A stretch of 64,000 bases of DNA from Minisyncoccota bacterium (lineage in GTDB: Bacteria; Patescibacteriota; Minisyncoccia; Phycocordibacterales; UBA9973): NCBI GenBank assembly GCA_942491275.1, contig CALNZI010000006.1, positions 73,899-137,898 on the forward strand, written 5' to 3'. Under the pieces are notes generated by a model that saw nothing but the letters and a program-made list of their open reading frames with translations, did not search any database and was not told the DNA's origin. A program made the translations under genes and the position numbers. This document shows, piece by piece, positions 63,363 to 64,000 of the stretch (position 1 is the stretch's first letter; every line of letters starts with the position of its first letter).

Positions 63363-64000
63363 ATGAAAAATAAAACAGAGCAACAAAAAATAGGTTATTT
63401 CATTAAAAAATTAAGGGAGCGTCAAGGTATGACTCAAAAGGTTTTTGCTGAGGCTTTAAAAACCTCCCAAAGTTCCATCCCCCGTATGGAAAAAGGTGAA
63501 CAAAATTTTACCACTGAATTATTGGCTAAAATAAGTAAGGTTTTGGGTCAGCAAATTGTTACCATAAACGATTCGATCGATTTCAAAATCAATGGTGGAA
63601 AAAAATTGCATGGATCAATAAAAACTAATTTTTCTAAAAACGGATCAGTCGGGCTTCTTTGTGCTTCCCTACTCAACAAAGGTAAGACAACCCTACATGG
63701 AATCGCTAGAATTGAAGAAGTTTACAGAGTGATAGAAATTATCGAAAGTATCGGCGTTTCAATAAAATGGATAGATCAAAATTCAGTTGAAATAATTCCT
63801 CCTAGAAAATTTTTAATGAATAAAATAAATATTGAATCTGCCATTAAAACTCGTTCTGTTATTATGCTTATTGGACCATTAATTCACTCTCTTCCCTCAT
63901 TTTCTTTACCTCATGCTCAAGGTTGTAATCTAGGAAAAAGAACAATCGCTGCCCACACCCATGCTTTAGAAAAACTAGGGATCAAAGTAAAAACAACTGA
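63363..64000 (+). CDS. murA: XRE-type HTH domain fused to UDP-N-acetylglucosamine 1-carboxyvinyltransferase (partial; continues past the window)
   Basis: Manual translation: MKNKTEQQKIGYFIKKLRERQGMTQKVFAEALKTSQSSIPRMEKGEQNFTTELLAKISKVLG (HTH), then IDFKINGGKKLHGSIKTNFSKNGSVGLLCASLL...PHAQGCNLGKRTI (MurA-like, active-site Cys context). It has no in-window stop, so it is not in the ORF track. Confidence 0.75.
   Translation, partial: MKNKTEQQKIGYFIKKLRERQGMTQKVFAEALKTSQSSIPRMEKGEQNFTTELLAKISKVLGQQIVTINDSIDFKINGGKKLHGSIKTNFSKNGSVGLLCASLLNKGKTTLHGIARIEEVYRVIEIIESIGVSIKWIDQNSVEIIPPRKFLMNKINIESAIKTRSVIMLIGPLIHSLPSFSLPHAQGCNLGKRTIAAHTHALEKLGIKVKTT

Overview
AT-rich, very gene-dense window. Most genes are on the minus strand, many intergenic gaps are 1-12 nt, and there are many short hairpin terminators. 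From composition, gene content and insert-bearing housekeeping proteins I infer a small-genome Patescibacteria/CPR-type bacterium using the standard code. Core content: (1) a split division/cell-wall set: mraZ-rsmH-ftsL-ftsI-murF; cmk-like-murE-[three paralogs]-murD-hydrolase-murC; and separately mrdA, murJ, murB, HTH-murA and alr. (2) Translation and RNA genes: lysS, valS, leuS, lepA, ychF, tsaC, tsaD, miaA, rpmG, greA, and five tRNAs (Phe-GAA, Arg-CCU, Gly-CCC, Trp-CCA, Leu-CAA). (3) A type IV pilus-like module (pilB, pilC, 4 pilin-like genes) joined to a multi-sensor two-component block. (4) Two accessory patches at about 1-7 kb and 57.9-60.7 kb. Best leads: (a) three tandem ~555-aa Cys-rich zinc-ribbon paralogs of unknown function, translationally coupled between murE and murD. 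(b) A letter-perfect Nudix box inside a ~140-aa insertion in LeuRS. (c) A 131-nt GC-rich, fully nested tRNA-Trp-like structured element next to miaA. It marks one end of a 2.7-kb island bounded by a repeat of the tRNA-Trp 3' end, and the island holds an orphan 449-aa gene flanked by 91-bp repeats. (d) A reversed OMP-decarboxylase/OPRTase fusion plus a DHOD-like gene in the accessory region. (e) An HTH-MurA fusion. Caveat: at least four genes (murD, murJ, pilC, one response regulator), and possibly a fifth (the Cache-PAS sensor), are broken by single frame changes at short homopolymer runs. This points to assembly indel errors or, less likely, gene decay. No CRISPR array, transposase, integrase or rRNA was seen.
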